A stretch of 64,000 bases of DNA from Acetomicrobium sp. UBA5826 (GCF_002433005.1 NZ_DJHF01000025.1:45944-109943), one strand, 5' to 3'; shown: positions 19,854-29,809, numbered from the stretch's first letter. Numbers and translations: made by a program. The notes: a model not told the origin generated them from the sequence alone.

Positions 19854-21500
19854 ATGAGCTTTGTCGTCGAGATAGAGAGGGGAAATAGGCTGGTTTTTGA
19901 GCGACCTGTAAAAGGGCAGGACGTGCTTGTTGCCTGTGGCAAGGGGCACGAGTCCAATATAGTGGCTTGGAGAGTAAATCGCTACTTGCGCCCTTTGGAT
20001 TGGGTCGTGGATGACGATAGTTGCATAGAGTTTGTGGACACCTCAAGCTTTGAGGGGATGGAAGTATACAGAAGAAGCCTCAGTTTTTTGCTGGTTCTAG
20101 CCTGTATGAACGCTTTGTCGGAAGACGTATTCATCAGGCACTCGATTAGCGACGGCTATTACTGTGAGCTTGAATCCGGTCCAGTCACGGAGAAAAAGTT
20201 AGATGCCATAAAACGCGAATTGGATAGACTGGTTAAAGCCGATATTCCCATAAAACGAGAGGTGATATCGGGCGACAAAGTCAAGAGAATATTTACCCGT
20301 CAAGGAAATATGGATAAGGCCAACTTGTTGAGGTGGGCAGCTGTCGATCCTATAGAGGTTTATAGAAGCGATAATACCTACGGTTATTTTTACGCGCCCC
20401 TTGCGCCGTCTACGGGTTATATGAAAACCTATGACCTCATACCATACGACCATGGCATGGTATTGAGGTTTCCGACAGTTGCCTACCCTCAGGGGCTTCC
20501 GCCCTTTATGCCCTCTAAGCGTTTGGCAGAAGTTTTTACGGTATATGCAAGATGGCTTGATATCTTAGGAATAAATACCATGGAAAACCTTCACGCCTTG
20601 GTTTCAAGGGGTGAATCCAATGATGTAATACAAATATCGGAAGCGTTGCATTCTCAGTGGTTGTCGCAATTGGCTAAAAATATTGCGGAAGATGACAATA
20701 TAAGGTTGATCTGTATCGCTGGACCTTCGGCTTCAGGCAAGACCACATCCGCTCATCGGTTGCGTATTCAACTTCAAGTGTTTGGCAAGCGGGTGTTTAT
20801 AATTTCCCTGGACGATTATTTTGTTGAGAGAGAAAAAACACCTAAGGATGAAAAGGGCAATTATGATTTCGAAGCTATCGAAGCCCTTGACTTGGATTTG
20901 ATAAACGAAAGTCTAGTTAATCTCTTCGATGGCGAAGAAGTCGAAATCCCTAAATTTAACTTTTTCACGGGCAAAAGAGAAAAAGGAAGACGAATGCGTA
21001 TTAAAGATGGTGACATCATAGTTATTGAGGGGATTCATGGCTTGAATGAAATGGTCACCAAAAGCATCCCCGAGTCCAATAAGTGGAGGATATACGTTTC
21101 CCCCTTAACGGGAATTAATCTTGATCGCCACAATAGGACAAGTACGACAGATAACAGACTTATAAGGCGATTGGTCAGGGATTATCGGACAAGGGGCAAG
21201 AGTCCAGAAGCGACCTTAATCCAATGGCCATCGGTGACAAGGGGAGCACAAAAACATATATTTCCCTATCAAGAGAGAGCTCATGTTATGTTCAATTCCG
21301 CTACCGTATATGAACTTGCCGTATTGAAAGGTTATGCCGAACCTTTACTTAGAAATATCCATGAGGATTCGCCCATGTTCGGAGAAGCGCAAAGATTGTT
21401 GACCTTTTTGCATTATGTACCTTTCATGCCTGCCGATGGCGTTCCTAATAATTCGATAATACGGGAGTTCATCGGAGGAAGCTGTTTTGAAACGATTTAA
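19854..21500 (+). CDS. uridine/nucleoside kinase with ThrRS-like N-terminal domains
   Basis: N-terminal YRRSLSF/GYYCE ThrRS-like region; AGPSASGKTT, LDDYF, IEGIHGLN. Confidence 0.85.
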   Translation: MSFVVEIERGNRLVFERPVKGQDVLVACGKGHESNIVAWRVNRYLRPLDWVVDDDSCIEFVDTSSFEGMEVYRRSLSFLLVLACMNALSEDVFIRHSISDGYYCELESGPVTEKKLDAIKRELDRLVKADIPIKREVISGDKVKRIFTRQGNMDKANLLRWAAVDPIEVYRSDNTYGYFYAPLAPSTGYMKTYDLIPYDHGMVLRFPTVAYPQGLPPFMPSKRLAEVFTVYARWLDILGINTMENLHALVSRGESNDVIQISEALHSQWLSQLAKNIAEDDNIRLICIAGPSASGKTTSAHRLRIQLQVFGKRVFIISLDDYFVEREKTPKDEKGNYDFEAIEALDLDLINESLVNLFDGEEVEIPKFNFFTGKREKGRRMRIKDGDIIVIEGIHGLNEMVTKSIPESNKWRIYVSPLTGINLDRHNRTSTTDNRLIRRLVRDYRTRGKSPEATLIQWPSVTRGAQKHIFPYQERAHVMFNSATVYELAVLKGYAEPLLRNIHEDSPMFGEAQRLLTFLHYVPFMPADGVPNNSIIREFIGGSCFETI

Positions 21501-22191
21501 TAAAAATCCAAATATGTTAATAAAATACATAATAATGCAGTATAAAAAAATAAAAATAACTTATTGTTTATTTTTAAAATCTTTAATAATATGTTTATTT
21601 TTGTATATGTTTACGTTATGTAATGTGTCCAATACGGAGGCCACATATAGGCTTGCCGAAAATGATTTAATCCAAATGGCAGTAAATTATTTTTCTTTAG
21701 GGCAAGGCACTTCTGTCGTCGAATTTTCGGAAGTTATGCTGTCGCTAAATGCTCCTCCCAGTGATTTAGCTAAAATAACATGGGTTTGTTCTAAGAAAGA
21801 ACATGTTTTACTGGCTCTCTCTGAAACAGATAAAGTGATATACGGCGGATGGATGGTGGCAACGGGAAGAAATCCTGGGCAAAAACTTAAAGTAGGGGAT
21901 ATGCGTACTCCTGAAGGTGTTTTTTACGTAAAATCTATCGAGGATTCCAGCTTTTGGGATAGCTACGTCGATAAAGCCACAAAAGAGCGAATAGGGTATG
22001 GGCCCTATTTTATTCGCCTTGAAACGGGGTGGAAAGGAATAGGAATTCATGGAACCGACGATGAACATCTGCATGAAATAGGAACGGACGCAAGCCACGG
22101 TTGTATAAGGATGGCGAACGACGATCTATTGGAAGTCGTGAGCATGAGCATGAAAGGCCAAAAGGTAGTTATTCTGGAGTCACTAAATTAA
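21487..22191 (+). CDS. L,D-transpeptidase (YkuD family); start uncertain, probably further downstream
   Basis: ATG..GDMRTPEGVF, GIHGT...ASHGCIRM catalytic His/Cys. Confidence 0.85.
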   Translation: MKRFNKNPNMLIKYIIMQYKKIKITYCLFLKSLIICLFLYMFTLCNVSNTEATYRLAENDLIQMAVNYFSLGQGTSVVEFSEVMLSLNAPPSDLAKITWVCSKKEHVLLALSETDKVIYGGWMVATGRNPGQKLKVGDMRTPEGVFYVKSIEDSSFWDSYVDKATKERIGYGPYFIRLETGWKGIGIHGTDDEHLHEIGTDASHGCIRMANDDLLEVVSMSMKGQKVVILESLN

Positions 22192-22271
22192 ATCCCACTC
22201 ACAAGGGTATGAGTGCAGAGATGAGCATGGTACGCAAAAAGCAGGGAGGAGCACTCCTCACAAGGACCGAA

Positions 22272-22679
22272 ATTGATTAAATCCTTGCTGCTAAAGGTTC
22301 TGACTTCCGCACTCCCGTCATGCCCGTTGCTGTCGGTCTCTATCTTCCCTTTACTTTGGGAGTGGCCATATTTATCGGAAGCATACTGAATTCTGTAAGC
22401 AGAAAACTGAGAAGGGGTAAAAACGAGTCGACTAATGATATCGGTGTTCTTGGAGCTGCTGGACTAATAACCGGAGAGGCATTAATGGGTATCGGGTTTG
22501 CCTTCATGATCGTAACGGGCTCTTCGAACACTTCTTTTGCGCTTCTCACGCCAAGTATCGGGTTTGCCTTCATGATCGTAACGGGAGTCAGCCTCAAGGT
22601 GGGTCTAACCAGCAACAGCTTGGGTCTGATTCTTTTGCTTGCCATTGCTTATTGGCTTGCGAGGCTTGGGAAAAAGTAA
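22272..22679 (+). pseudogene. C-terminal remnant of an OPT-family oligopeptide transporter
   Basis: ID*ILAAKGSDFRTPVMPVAVGLYLPF...GVLGAAGLITGEALMG matches an OPT C-terminus; in-frame TAA at 22278; the 5' part of the gene is absent. Confidence 0.75.
22489..22585. repeat. perfect 31-bp direct repeat flanking a 35-bp unique insert
   Basis: GTATCGGGTTTGCCTTCATGATCGTAACGGG at 22489-22519 and 22555-22585; insert 22520-22554. Confidence 0.95.
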
Positions 22680-22709
22680 TGCAATTGGTCGTATAAGGCA
22701 CTGAAAATT

Positions 22710-22754
22710 ATATAGCATCTCTTTCTCCTCGATAGGGAGAAAGAGATGCTATAT
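22710..22754. terminator. bidirectional terminator between convergent genes
   Basis: ATATAGCATCTCTTTCTCC / GGAGAAAGAGATGCTATAT 19-bp stem. Confidence 0.8.
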
Positions 22755-22778
22755 TTTACATATTGTGCTATCGCTGGT

Positions 22779-24722
22779 TTATACCTTTACACCTGCGTTA
22801 AAACCGAATAACGTTGCATCGACTATCTTGCCTACGGATCGAGCGTCGCCCACGGTGATCACTGGGATACCCATATCGCACAGGGCTTTTGCCAGATCAC
22901 AGCCTGCAGGCTTTTGTCCGACGGCTAAGACGACATGCTTTGCAGGAACCTCACGAACCCTCTTATAGGCATCCACGATTTGGATGGCTTCAGGCGTTAT
23001 GGCCGTAACCAGGCTTTTTGTCAGCATCTTGACTCCTTTAGAAACGAATGTATTAAGAAGATCGAATCGCCCGATAGGCTCCATATCCAATGCTATGTCG
23101 TCCAACATCTCAACGATTGTGACCTTGCATCCCTTATCCAGGAGGTAATGAGCCGTTTCGCAGCCTACCAATCCGCCTCCAATCACTACCACTTCCTCTC
23201 CGGAAGGTACGTTAACCTTGCCCTTTAGCACATCCCAGGACAGATATGCCCTTTCGATGCCGGGGATATTGGGCACTATGGGTTCAGCACCTGTTGCAAA
23301 GATAACTATATCCGGCTTGAGGGCAGATATCTTTTCGGGGGTTGCGCATTCTCCAAGGCGGAGTGTAACATTCTGACGCTGCAGCTCTCCTTCAAGCCAT
23401 TCGGTAAACCAGTTAATTTTATCCTTTCCAGGCGGCAGGCTTGAGAGGTTTAGCTGTCCCCCTATTTTATTTTCCTTTTCGAAGAGAATGACCTCGTGAC
23501 CCCTACTAGCAGCAGTGATGGCTGCATAGGCTCCCGCAGGTCCACCACCGATTACCACGACCTTTTTCTTCTCGCAGGCACATGGCAAATAGGGATATTT
23601 CCATTCATACCCCACCCTGGGATTGACGGAACATCTCATCCTTTGCCCCGAGAAGACCTTTAAGCCGATGCAGGTGTTGCACGAAATGCATTTGCGGATC
23701 TCCTCGTCGCGGCCTTCGTATGCCTTCTTTGGCCACTCCGGATCTGCTATCACTCCTCGCCCAATAGCCACGAAATCGGCTTTGCCTTCCGCTATAATGG
23801 AGTCGGCAAGGACAGGGTCACGTATGACTCCAACCGTGATGACGGGGATATTTACCACCTTTTTAATCGCTTCGGCCGTATAAACCCGCCACCCTTCCTC
23901 AAAATGGAAAGGCTCAAGCAGTTTTGGCATGGTTTCATAAATACCAACGCTCACGCTTAGGACGTTTACTCCTGCGTCCTCTAATATCTTTGCAATTATT
24001 TTAGCTTCATCCAATGTTATTCCGTCTTCCACAAAGTCGTCTGCATTAAAACGGAAGCATATGGGAAAATTCGGTCCCAAAGATTGTCGAATGCCCTTTA
24101 TAATCTCGAGGGGAAACCGCATGCGCCTTTCAGTGCTTCCTCCCCACTTGTCGGTGCGTTTGTTTATATGAGGTGACATGAACTGGCCGATAAGGTAACC
24201 ATGAGCTCCATGGAGCTCTACGCCATCAATTCCGGCCATCTTGGCCCGAACGGCAGCGCTTACGAATTTTTGTACCAGATCTTCTATCTCCTCGTTTGAC
24301 AGTTCTCTGGGTGTGACGTTCAAAAACCCTTCATGAGTTGCAGAGGGACACACCGGCTGAATTCCTCCGGTAATGTCCGGAGTAGTTTGTCTTCCAGCAT
24401 GATGAAGCTGGACGAATATCTTGGCTCCTTCCAGGTGGACGGCTTCGGCTAAATCGGAAAAACCGCCTATGTATTTATCGTCGTCAAGGCAGAGTTGATT
24501 TGTGATGGCCTTTCCCACAGGGCTGTCAACGCAAACTATTTCGGTAATGATCAATCCAACCCCACCACAGGCTCGTTCTTTGTAATAATCGGTAAGCACC
24601 TGACTTACGGAGCCGTCGGCATTTGCAAAGTTTGTGCCCATGGGAGGCATGACAATGCGGTTTCTAACATTTAAATTGCCTATCTTCCCTTCGGAAAACA
24701 AGTTTTTGTATTTGCCTTCCAT
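22779..24722 (-). CDS. NADH:flavin oxidoreductase (Old Yellow Enzyme/2,4-dienoyl-CoA reductase-like, Fe-S)
   Basis: NRIVMPPM, QLHHAGR, ELHGAHGYLI, CISCNTC..CSVNP, two GGG dinucleotide-binding motifs. Confidence 0.9.
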   Translation of the reverse strand: MEGKYKNLFSEGKIGNLNVRNRIVMPPMGTNFANADGSVSQVLTDYYKERACGGVGLIITEIVCVDSPVGKAITNQLCLDDDKYIGGFSDLAEAVHLEGAKIFVQLHHAGRQTTPDITGGIQPVCPSATHEGFLNVTPRELSNEEIEDLVQKFVSAAVRAKMAGIDGVELHGAHGYLIGQFMSPHINKRTDKWGGSTERRMRFPLEIIKGIRQSLGPNFPICFRFNADDFVEDGITLDEAKIIAKILEDAGVNVLSVSVGIYETMPKLLEPFHFEEGWRVYTAEAIKKVVNIPVITVGVIRDPVLADSIIAEGKADFVAIGRGVIADPEWPKKAYEGRDEEIRKCISCNTCIGLKVFSGQRMRCSVNPRVGYEWKYPYLPCACEKKKVVVIGGGPAGAYAAITAASRGHEVILFEKENKIGGQLNLSSLPPGKDKINWFTEWLEGELQRQNVTLRLGECATPEKISALKPDIVIFATGAEPIVPNIPGIERAYLSWDVLKGKVNVPSGEEVVVIGGGLVGCETAHYLLDKGCKVTIVEMLDDIALDMEPIGRFDLLNTFVSKGVKMLTKSLVTAITPEAIQIVDAYKRVREVPAKHVVLAVGQKPAGCDLAKALCDMGIPVITVGDARSVGKIVDATLFGFNAGVKV

Positions 24723-24900
24723 TATTTCGCACCCCCTCAAATTATGTTGATACAAAATTATTATAGCACGGCCATGAATCCTGAAGGTAATATATCATAT
24801 TGTTATATGGCCTATGACGATGAAATACAGTAAGGACTATAGGTCGTGTGCGGGTATTTTGAAAATAGTCTATAATTTATTAGGGCCGTAAGGGGAGGTG

Positions 24901-25071
24901 ATGCCCATGGAGGTAGGACAAACAAGCAACATCTCCAGTGAAGCAGTAAAAGATGTGCAGGGTGTTGTTGCTGCGGCTATGTTGAAAAGGACCTTAAATT
25001 TGCAGCAGGCAATGTTGCAGGAGCTCTTTCAAAGTCTGGGCATTGGATCAAATTTGAACATACAAGCCTGA
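24901..25071 (+). CDS. small YjfB-like protein (56 aa), absent from the ORF track
   Basis: SD AAGGGGAGGTG; MPMEVGQTSN...AAAMLKRTLNLQQAMLQELFQSLGIGSNLNIQA; followed by a hairpin. Confidence 0.7.
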   Translation: MPMEVGQTSNISSEAVKDVQGVVAAAMLKRTLNLQQAMLQELFQSLGIGSNLNIQA

Positions 25072-25080
25072 AGCCCCCCT

Positions 25081-25110
25081 CCGGGGCAGGAGCGGAACCT
25101 CCTGCCCCGG
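25081..25110 (+). terminator. GC-rich stem-loop after the small ORF
   Basis: CCGGGGCAGGAG-CGGAAC-CTCCTGCCCCGG. Confidence 0.65.
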
Positions 25111-25182
25111 ATATTATGTGGTGTAAAATGACTATTACAATATACTTATGATATAAAGGCAAGTTAACTGGGAGTGAAGCTA

Positions 25183-26034
25183 ATGTCTGTAACAATGGCT
25201 GATGTAGCGAAAGAGGCAGGTGTTGACAAGGCAACTGTCAGCCGCGTGTTGCGAGGAGACCCCCGAATATCGTCAAAAACGAGGGAAAAGGTCTGGGAGG
25301 TCATAAAGCGTCTGGAATATAAACCTAATGCCTTGGCTAGAGGGCTATCGGAAAGAAAGTCAGGGTTAATAAGCGTAGTGGTTGAAGAGCAGCAATTTTC
25401 TGGATTAAATAGGTTTCTGAAAGGGATAAATCGCATCATGGCAACCGTGAATAAGGAGCCCATTATTTATGTAGCCGACGATTTTGAGGCGAGCTTTTTG
25501 CGGTCTCGTTTTGTAGCGCATAAAGTAGAAGGCATTATTTGGGTGGGGAGTCCTCCGCCGAATGTCGATTTTCCCTTGATAGCAGTAGGAGAGACGATAG
25601 ATAAACATGTAAGCATTGTGCCCTATTGGGAGGACCTGGCTCAAATGATAATAAAACTCGCTGACGGGCGTAGGATAGTATTTGCGGGAGATACCAAGCC
25701 TAATAGAACTCTAAAAGTAAAACTCGAAGGGTACAAGGGAAAGGGTAAAAATTCCCTTTGGGTATGCGACGGGACCTTGCCAAAGGGAATTGGGAGATTA
25801 ATCAACTCCAATTGCGAAATAGATCAGGATTCAGGATTTAAAGAAGGATATTTTCGTAAAGGGGATATGTTGCTTTTGTTCAACGAAGAACGAGATTTCG
25901 CAAAAGCCATGGGTGGATATTGCATTCATTTCCCCTGTTTTGAGGTGGGCGTTTTGGCAGCAAAGCTTTTAGTCAACATATTGAGACATCGCGATGTCCC
26001 TTTTAAAAATTTGGTGAGATTTTCCATTGAATGA
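25183..26034 (+). CDS. LacI-family transcriptional regulator
   Basis: VTMADVAKEAGVDKATVSRVL...YKPNALARGL; divergent effector domain. Confidence 0.85.
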   Translation: MSVTMADVAKEAGVDKATVSRVLRGDPRISSKTREKVWEVIKRLEYKPNALARGLSERKSGLISVVVEEQQFSGLNRFLKGINRIMATVNKEPIIYVADDFEASFLRSRFVAHKVEGIIWVGSPPPNVDFPLIAVGETIDKHVSIVPYWEDLAQMIIKLADGRRIVFAGDTKPNRTLKVKLEGYKGKGKNSLWVCDGTLPKGIGRLINSNCEIDQDSGFKEGYFRKGDMLLLFNEERDFAKAMGGYCIHFPCFEVGVLAAKLLVNILRHRDVPFKNLVRFSIE

Positions 26035-26085
26035 TAATTTTGATGATGGCTTTTTTAAGCTGAAGGATTGAGAAAGGGGAACCCG

Positions 26086-27069
26086 GTGAAAAAAAAGAGC
26101 TATTTTGCCTTTGTAGTTGTCTCAAGTCTTGTTGTCCTTTTGACTATGTGCCTTTCTCTCGTGATTGGTGAGGTGCATGTTCCATTAAAGGATGTTGTTT
26201 CAATAGTTTTTTCCTATCTCACGTCCTCACAAGCAAGAGATTCGGGGGACGTTTTTAATGCGATTGTCCTTTATGTAAGGCTTCCTAGAACAATAATAGC
26301 TTTCTTGATTGGTTCGATCCTTGGGGCTTCGGGTGTGGTTTATCAAGGCCTCCTTCTTAATCCCTTGGCCGAAAGCTATACCTTGGGTGTTGCCTCTGGA
26401 GCTGCATTGGGTGCAACTCTTGCAATTGCCTTTAACTTGCTATCGATAAGGCTCTTTGCTTTTTTGGGGGGCATTTTGACTCTTTCCGGAGTATGGGCAT
26501 TGAGCAGCAGATCACGCTCGATCGATCCAACCAGGCTTATTCTGTCGGGAGTCATAGTAAGCAGCATTCTTCAGGCTTTCATGATGTTGCTTCAAACTTT
26601 ATTTCCTGAAAAGCTGGGTGCTTTTTTCTTTTGGATCATGGGCAGTTTTAACTCTGCCAGCTGGAGATGGCTTCCCGGGTGTTTAATAGCTTCAGGCTTG
26701 GCCTTATTGTTTTTGCTGCTGCATAGAGAGTTAGATCTCATATCCCTGGGGGAGGGAAAGGCCGAAACTTTGGGGATGAACACACATCGTACGAGATGGA
26801 TCTTACTTTGCATCGTTTCTTTTATAACCTCAATTGCTGTCTCCTATAGCGGTGTGATTGGTTTCATAGGGTTGATAGTCCCGCATTTATTTAGAATGAT
26901 AGTTGGACATTCTCATATTCGGCTTATTTTTGCCTCTTGGATGGGCGGCGGCCTTATATTGTTATGGTCGGACATTGCGGCACGTGCATTGGGTTCGTTG
27001 CCTGTGGGAGTGCTGACGGTCCTTGTGGGAGGCCCCGTTTTCTGTTTTCTTCTGTGGAAGTCGTCTTGA
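26086..27069 (+). CDS. FecCD/BtuC-family ABC permease
   Basis: VRLPR, NPLAESYTLGVASGA, IGFIGLIVPH. Confidence 0.9.
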   Translation: MKKKSYFAFVVVSSLVVLLTMCLSLVIGEVHVPLKDVVSIVFSYLTSSQARDSGDVFNAIVLYVRLPRTIIAFLIGSILGASGVVYQGLLLNPLAESYTLGVASGAALGATLAIAFNLLSIRLFAFLGGILTLSGVWALSSRSRSIDPTRLILSGVIVSSILQAFMMLLQTLFPEKLGAFFFWIMGSFNSASWRWLPGCLIASGLALLFLLLHRELDLISLGEGKAETLGMNTHRTRWILLCIVSFITSIAVSYSGVIGFIGLIVPHLFRMIVGHSHIRLIFASWMGGGLILLWSDIAARALGSLPVGVLTVLVGGPVFCFLLWKSS

Positions 27070-27089
27070 TTTAGAGGTGGTGTTTACTG

Positions 27090-27875
27090 TTGGATAAAAT
27101 AGATTCAGAATGCCCGGCAGAGGCGTTAAACGCCCAAGGCGTTTCAGCTTTTTATGGAGACAGGCAGGTTTTGCGCGATATATCGCTTACTGTGCATAAG
27201 GATGAGCTTGTTGCAGTGCTCGGGCCTAATGGCAGCGGAAAAAGCACGATGTTAAAGGCTTTTGTCAAGTTGGTAGATATGAAGGGAAGCGTAAATATCT
27301 TAAACCGTTCCGTAGAAAAGTTATCCCGCAGAGAGTTAGCCAGGATGGTATCTTATATGCCTCAGAAGGGACACATGGCAATGCCCTTTAAAGTTTTGGA
27401 TGTAGTCTTGTTGGGGCGTTATCCCTGGGTTTCCTTCTTGGGCAACTACGGAACCTTTGATGTAAAATTGGCATTGCGTTATCTTCGGGAAGTTGAAATG
27501 AAGGGCTTTGAAGAAAGATTAATTACATCCCTCTCGGGCGGAGAACTGCAAAGGGTATTGCTTGCTCAATGTCTTGCTCAAGACACAGCTTTGCTGCTGT
27601 TAGATGAACCAACGAGTGCTCTCGATCCGAAACATTCGGTAGCTGTTATGAGAGTCTTGAGGGCTTATGTCAACGCGGGCCGAGCGGCCCTTTGCGTCAT
27701 GCACGATGTCAATCTAGCGCTTCGTTTTGCGGACAGGATAGCTTTGATGAAAGATGGATCAGTTTATAATATCTGTGACGCGAAAGATGTCGATGCAGAT
27801 ATGCTGAGCGAGGTATTTGACGTTTCCTGGTACGTAAAACATTGGGATGGCGGGTTGATCGCCATACCCCTTTGA
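27090..27875 (+). CDS. iron-siderophore/cobalamin ABC ATPase
   Basis: GPNGSGKST, LSGGELQR, DEPTSALD, MHDVNLA. Confidence 0.9.
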   Translation: MDKIDSECPAEALNAQGVSAFYGDRQVLRDISLTVHKDELVAVLGPNGSGKSTMLKAFVKLVDMKGSVNILNRSVEKLSRRELARMVSYMPQKGHMAMPFKVLDVVLLGRYPWVSFLGNYGTFDVKLALRYLREVEMKGFEERLITSLSGGELQRVLLAQCLAQDTALLLLDEPTSALDPKHSVAVMRVLRAYVNAGRAALCVMHDVNLALRFADRIALMKDGSVYNICDAKDVDADMLSEVFDVSWYVKHWDGGLIAIPL

Positions 27876-27887
27876 AGTAACCTCGAC

Positions 27888-29804
27888 CTATGTAATCATG
27901 AGAGAAAAAAGGGAGTTTAAAGTGATCCCCACTAATATGGCAATGGAAATCATGATAATTATGCTTTGTAGCAGCCTTTTTGCCCCCAATTCCTTGAAGA
28001 GCACAACGAACGTAGCGATGCAAGGAAAGGTCATGGCAAGCACAACAGTTGCTACGATAAGCTGTTGGGGAGTAAGTCCAAGAGGCAATAGCAGGCCTAC
28101 GGCCACATCTTTTCTCAAGAAACCAAGCAATATCGCGCCAATTGCTTCCGGGGGTAACCCAAGAAGATACACGGCAGGCTTTAAGAAATTAGATATCAAG
28201 GGAAGTATTCCGCTGGAATAAACAAGATTTGCTATCAGTATCCCTATAAGTACCAGGGGAGTTGCCTCCAATAAAAACCCCGATATGCGAAACCAAAGTT
28301 TCAGGCCTAGATCTCGAAACGAAGGCAGTCTGTAAGGCGGAATTTCAACAATTAGCTCGGGGCTTTGACCCGATAAAATTTTATTAAGAACATATCCAAG
28401 AATCAGCCATACGAGAAAAAGGGAAGCATATATAACCACGACATACCTCATGCCGAACGAACCAATCGCACCAAATATCATTGCTTGAAGGCCGGCACAG
28501 GGCACGGCAACAGATATCAAGGTAGCAGCAATAAACCTTTCCCGTTCCGATTCCAATACCCTTGTTGCCAGAATTCCTGGGACATTACAACCTAGACCCA
28601 AAAGGGTGGGCACTATTGCAAATCCGTGAAGGCCTATCCTGTGCAGCAGCGCGTCAAAAAGCACGGCCAAGCGTGGCAGGTAGCCAATATCTTCAAGCAA
28701 AGATAAAATTAAATAAAATGAGATTATATAGGGGAATACCATAGCAAATTCCACATATAATCCAGTCGACAGAATTCCAAAGCTCTGTTCCCAGTCCAAG
28801 TTTCCGTCAATGAGGTGCCCGATGAGTATGTCGTGGAGAAATCCCGAGCCACCCAACAGGTTAGACAAAGAAGCAAGAAGTGGACCCCAAAATCTGTCGA
28901 ATAGAGGGTCAAAGACGTAATCAATCAACCCCTCGCCAATAGTTCTTATTGCGTAAAAGCTCAATCCTATGACCAATAGGCTCAATATCAGACCTGATAC
29001 GGGATGAACGCTTATATCCTCAAGGCGATCGCGAAAAGTGTGGTGTCTGTGTGTTACCTGCTGGGATCGCATAATTATATCGCCTATCAATAGCCATCGC
29101 TCGTCTTTGCCCATGGGAAGTATGAAGGAGGGGCGCGCCTTTGCGAGGGCGGCTTTGAGTGCAGATATACCTTCTCCGGTAACGGCAACAGTCGACACAA
29201 CGGGGATGCCTAGCTCTCTTTCCAGCGTTTGCAAATCTATGTGTATGCCCTTGTGTCTGGCTTCATCAACCATATTTAAGACCAATACTGAAGGGTAACC
29301 TTTTTCAAGCACCTGAAGTGCCAAATAGAGGTTTCTCTCCAGAGCAGTTGCATCCGCAATTATTACAACTATATCTCCACCTTCGTCTAAGATGCGACGG
29401 GCAACTTCCTCTGCTTCGTTAGTTGGATCCAACGTGTAAGCGCCCGGCACATCTATGAGCTTGTACGTTTCTCCGTCGATTGAAACGGATCCTTCAAGAA
29501 AACCTACGGTAGTCCCGGGGTAATTGGAGGAAATAGCATGTAATCCCGTCAATCGGGAAAATATAGCGCTCTTGCCGACGTTTGGGTTTCCCATTAAAAG
29601 GACTTTTTTAATTTTTTGGCCGCTCTTCGTCGTTTTTGATACGTCTTTATTGCCATTATGGCTGCAACGAAAAGACAGGGGACACTCGCTGCAATGTATC
29701 CCCATACCGCAACCTGTATTGCTTTCGAAGTCATCTAGGTTGACATTGTTTCGATCATCGGTTTTTCGTTTTTTTAATATGTCGAAAAGCCCGTGGCAGG
29801 ACAT
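27888..29804 (-). CDS. feoB: ferrous iron transporter FeoB with a Cys/His-rich N-terminal extension
   Basis: GNPNVGKS, NYPGTTV, DVPGAY, NMVD GTPase motifs; GCNVP and PCIAT gate motifs; start placed by SD GAGGGG. Confidence 0.9.
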   Translation of the reverse strand: MSCHGLFDILKKRKTDDRNNVNLDDFESNTGCGMGIHCSECPLSFRCSHNGNKDVSKTTKSGQKIKKVLLMGNPNVGKSAIFSRLTGLHAISSNYPGTTVGFLEGSVSIDGETYKLIDVPGAYTLDPTNEAEEVARRILDEGGDIVVIIADATALERNLYLALQVLEKGYPSVLVLNMVDEARHKGIHIDLQTLERELGIPVVSTVAVTGEGISALKAALAKARPSFILPMGKDERWLLIGDIIMRSQQVTHRHHTFRDRLEDISVHPVSGLILSLLVIGLSFYAIRTIGEGLIDYVFDPLFDRFWGPLLASLSNLLGGSGFLHDILIGHLIDGNLDWEQSFGILSTGLYVEFAMVFPYIISFYLILSLLEDIGYLPRLAVLFDALLHRIGLHGFAIVPTLLGLGCNVPGILATRVLESERERFIAATLISVAVPCAGLQAMIFGAIGSFGMRYVVVIYASLFLVWLILGYVLNKILSGQSPELIVEIPPYRLPSFRDLGLKLWFRISGFLLEATPLVLIGILIANLVYSSGILPLISNFLKPAVYLLGLPPEAIGAILLGFLRKDVAVGLLLPLGLTPQQLIVATVVLAMTFPCIATFVVLFKELGAKRLLQSIIIMISIAILVGITLNSLFSLMIT

Positions 29805-29809
29805 GAGCA

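Noticed and set aside
22209-22280. 23-aa ORF vaguely like a pyrimidine-nucleoside phosphorylase N-terminus
   Set aside because: Too short and weak; its end (ID*) is better explained as part of the OPT remnant.
26035-26090. Cobalamin riboswitch ahead of the BtuC/FecCD permease
   Set aside because: Gap too short and no B12-box.
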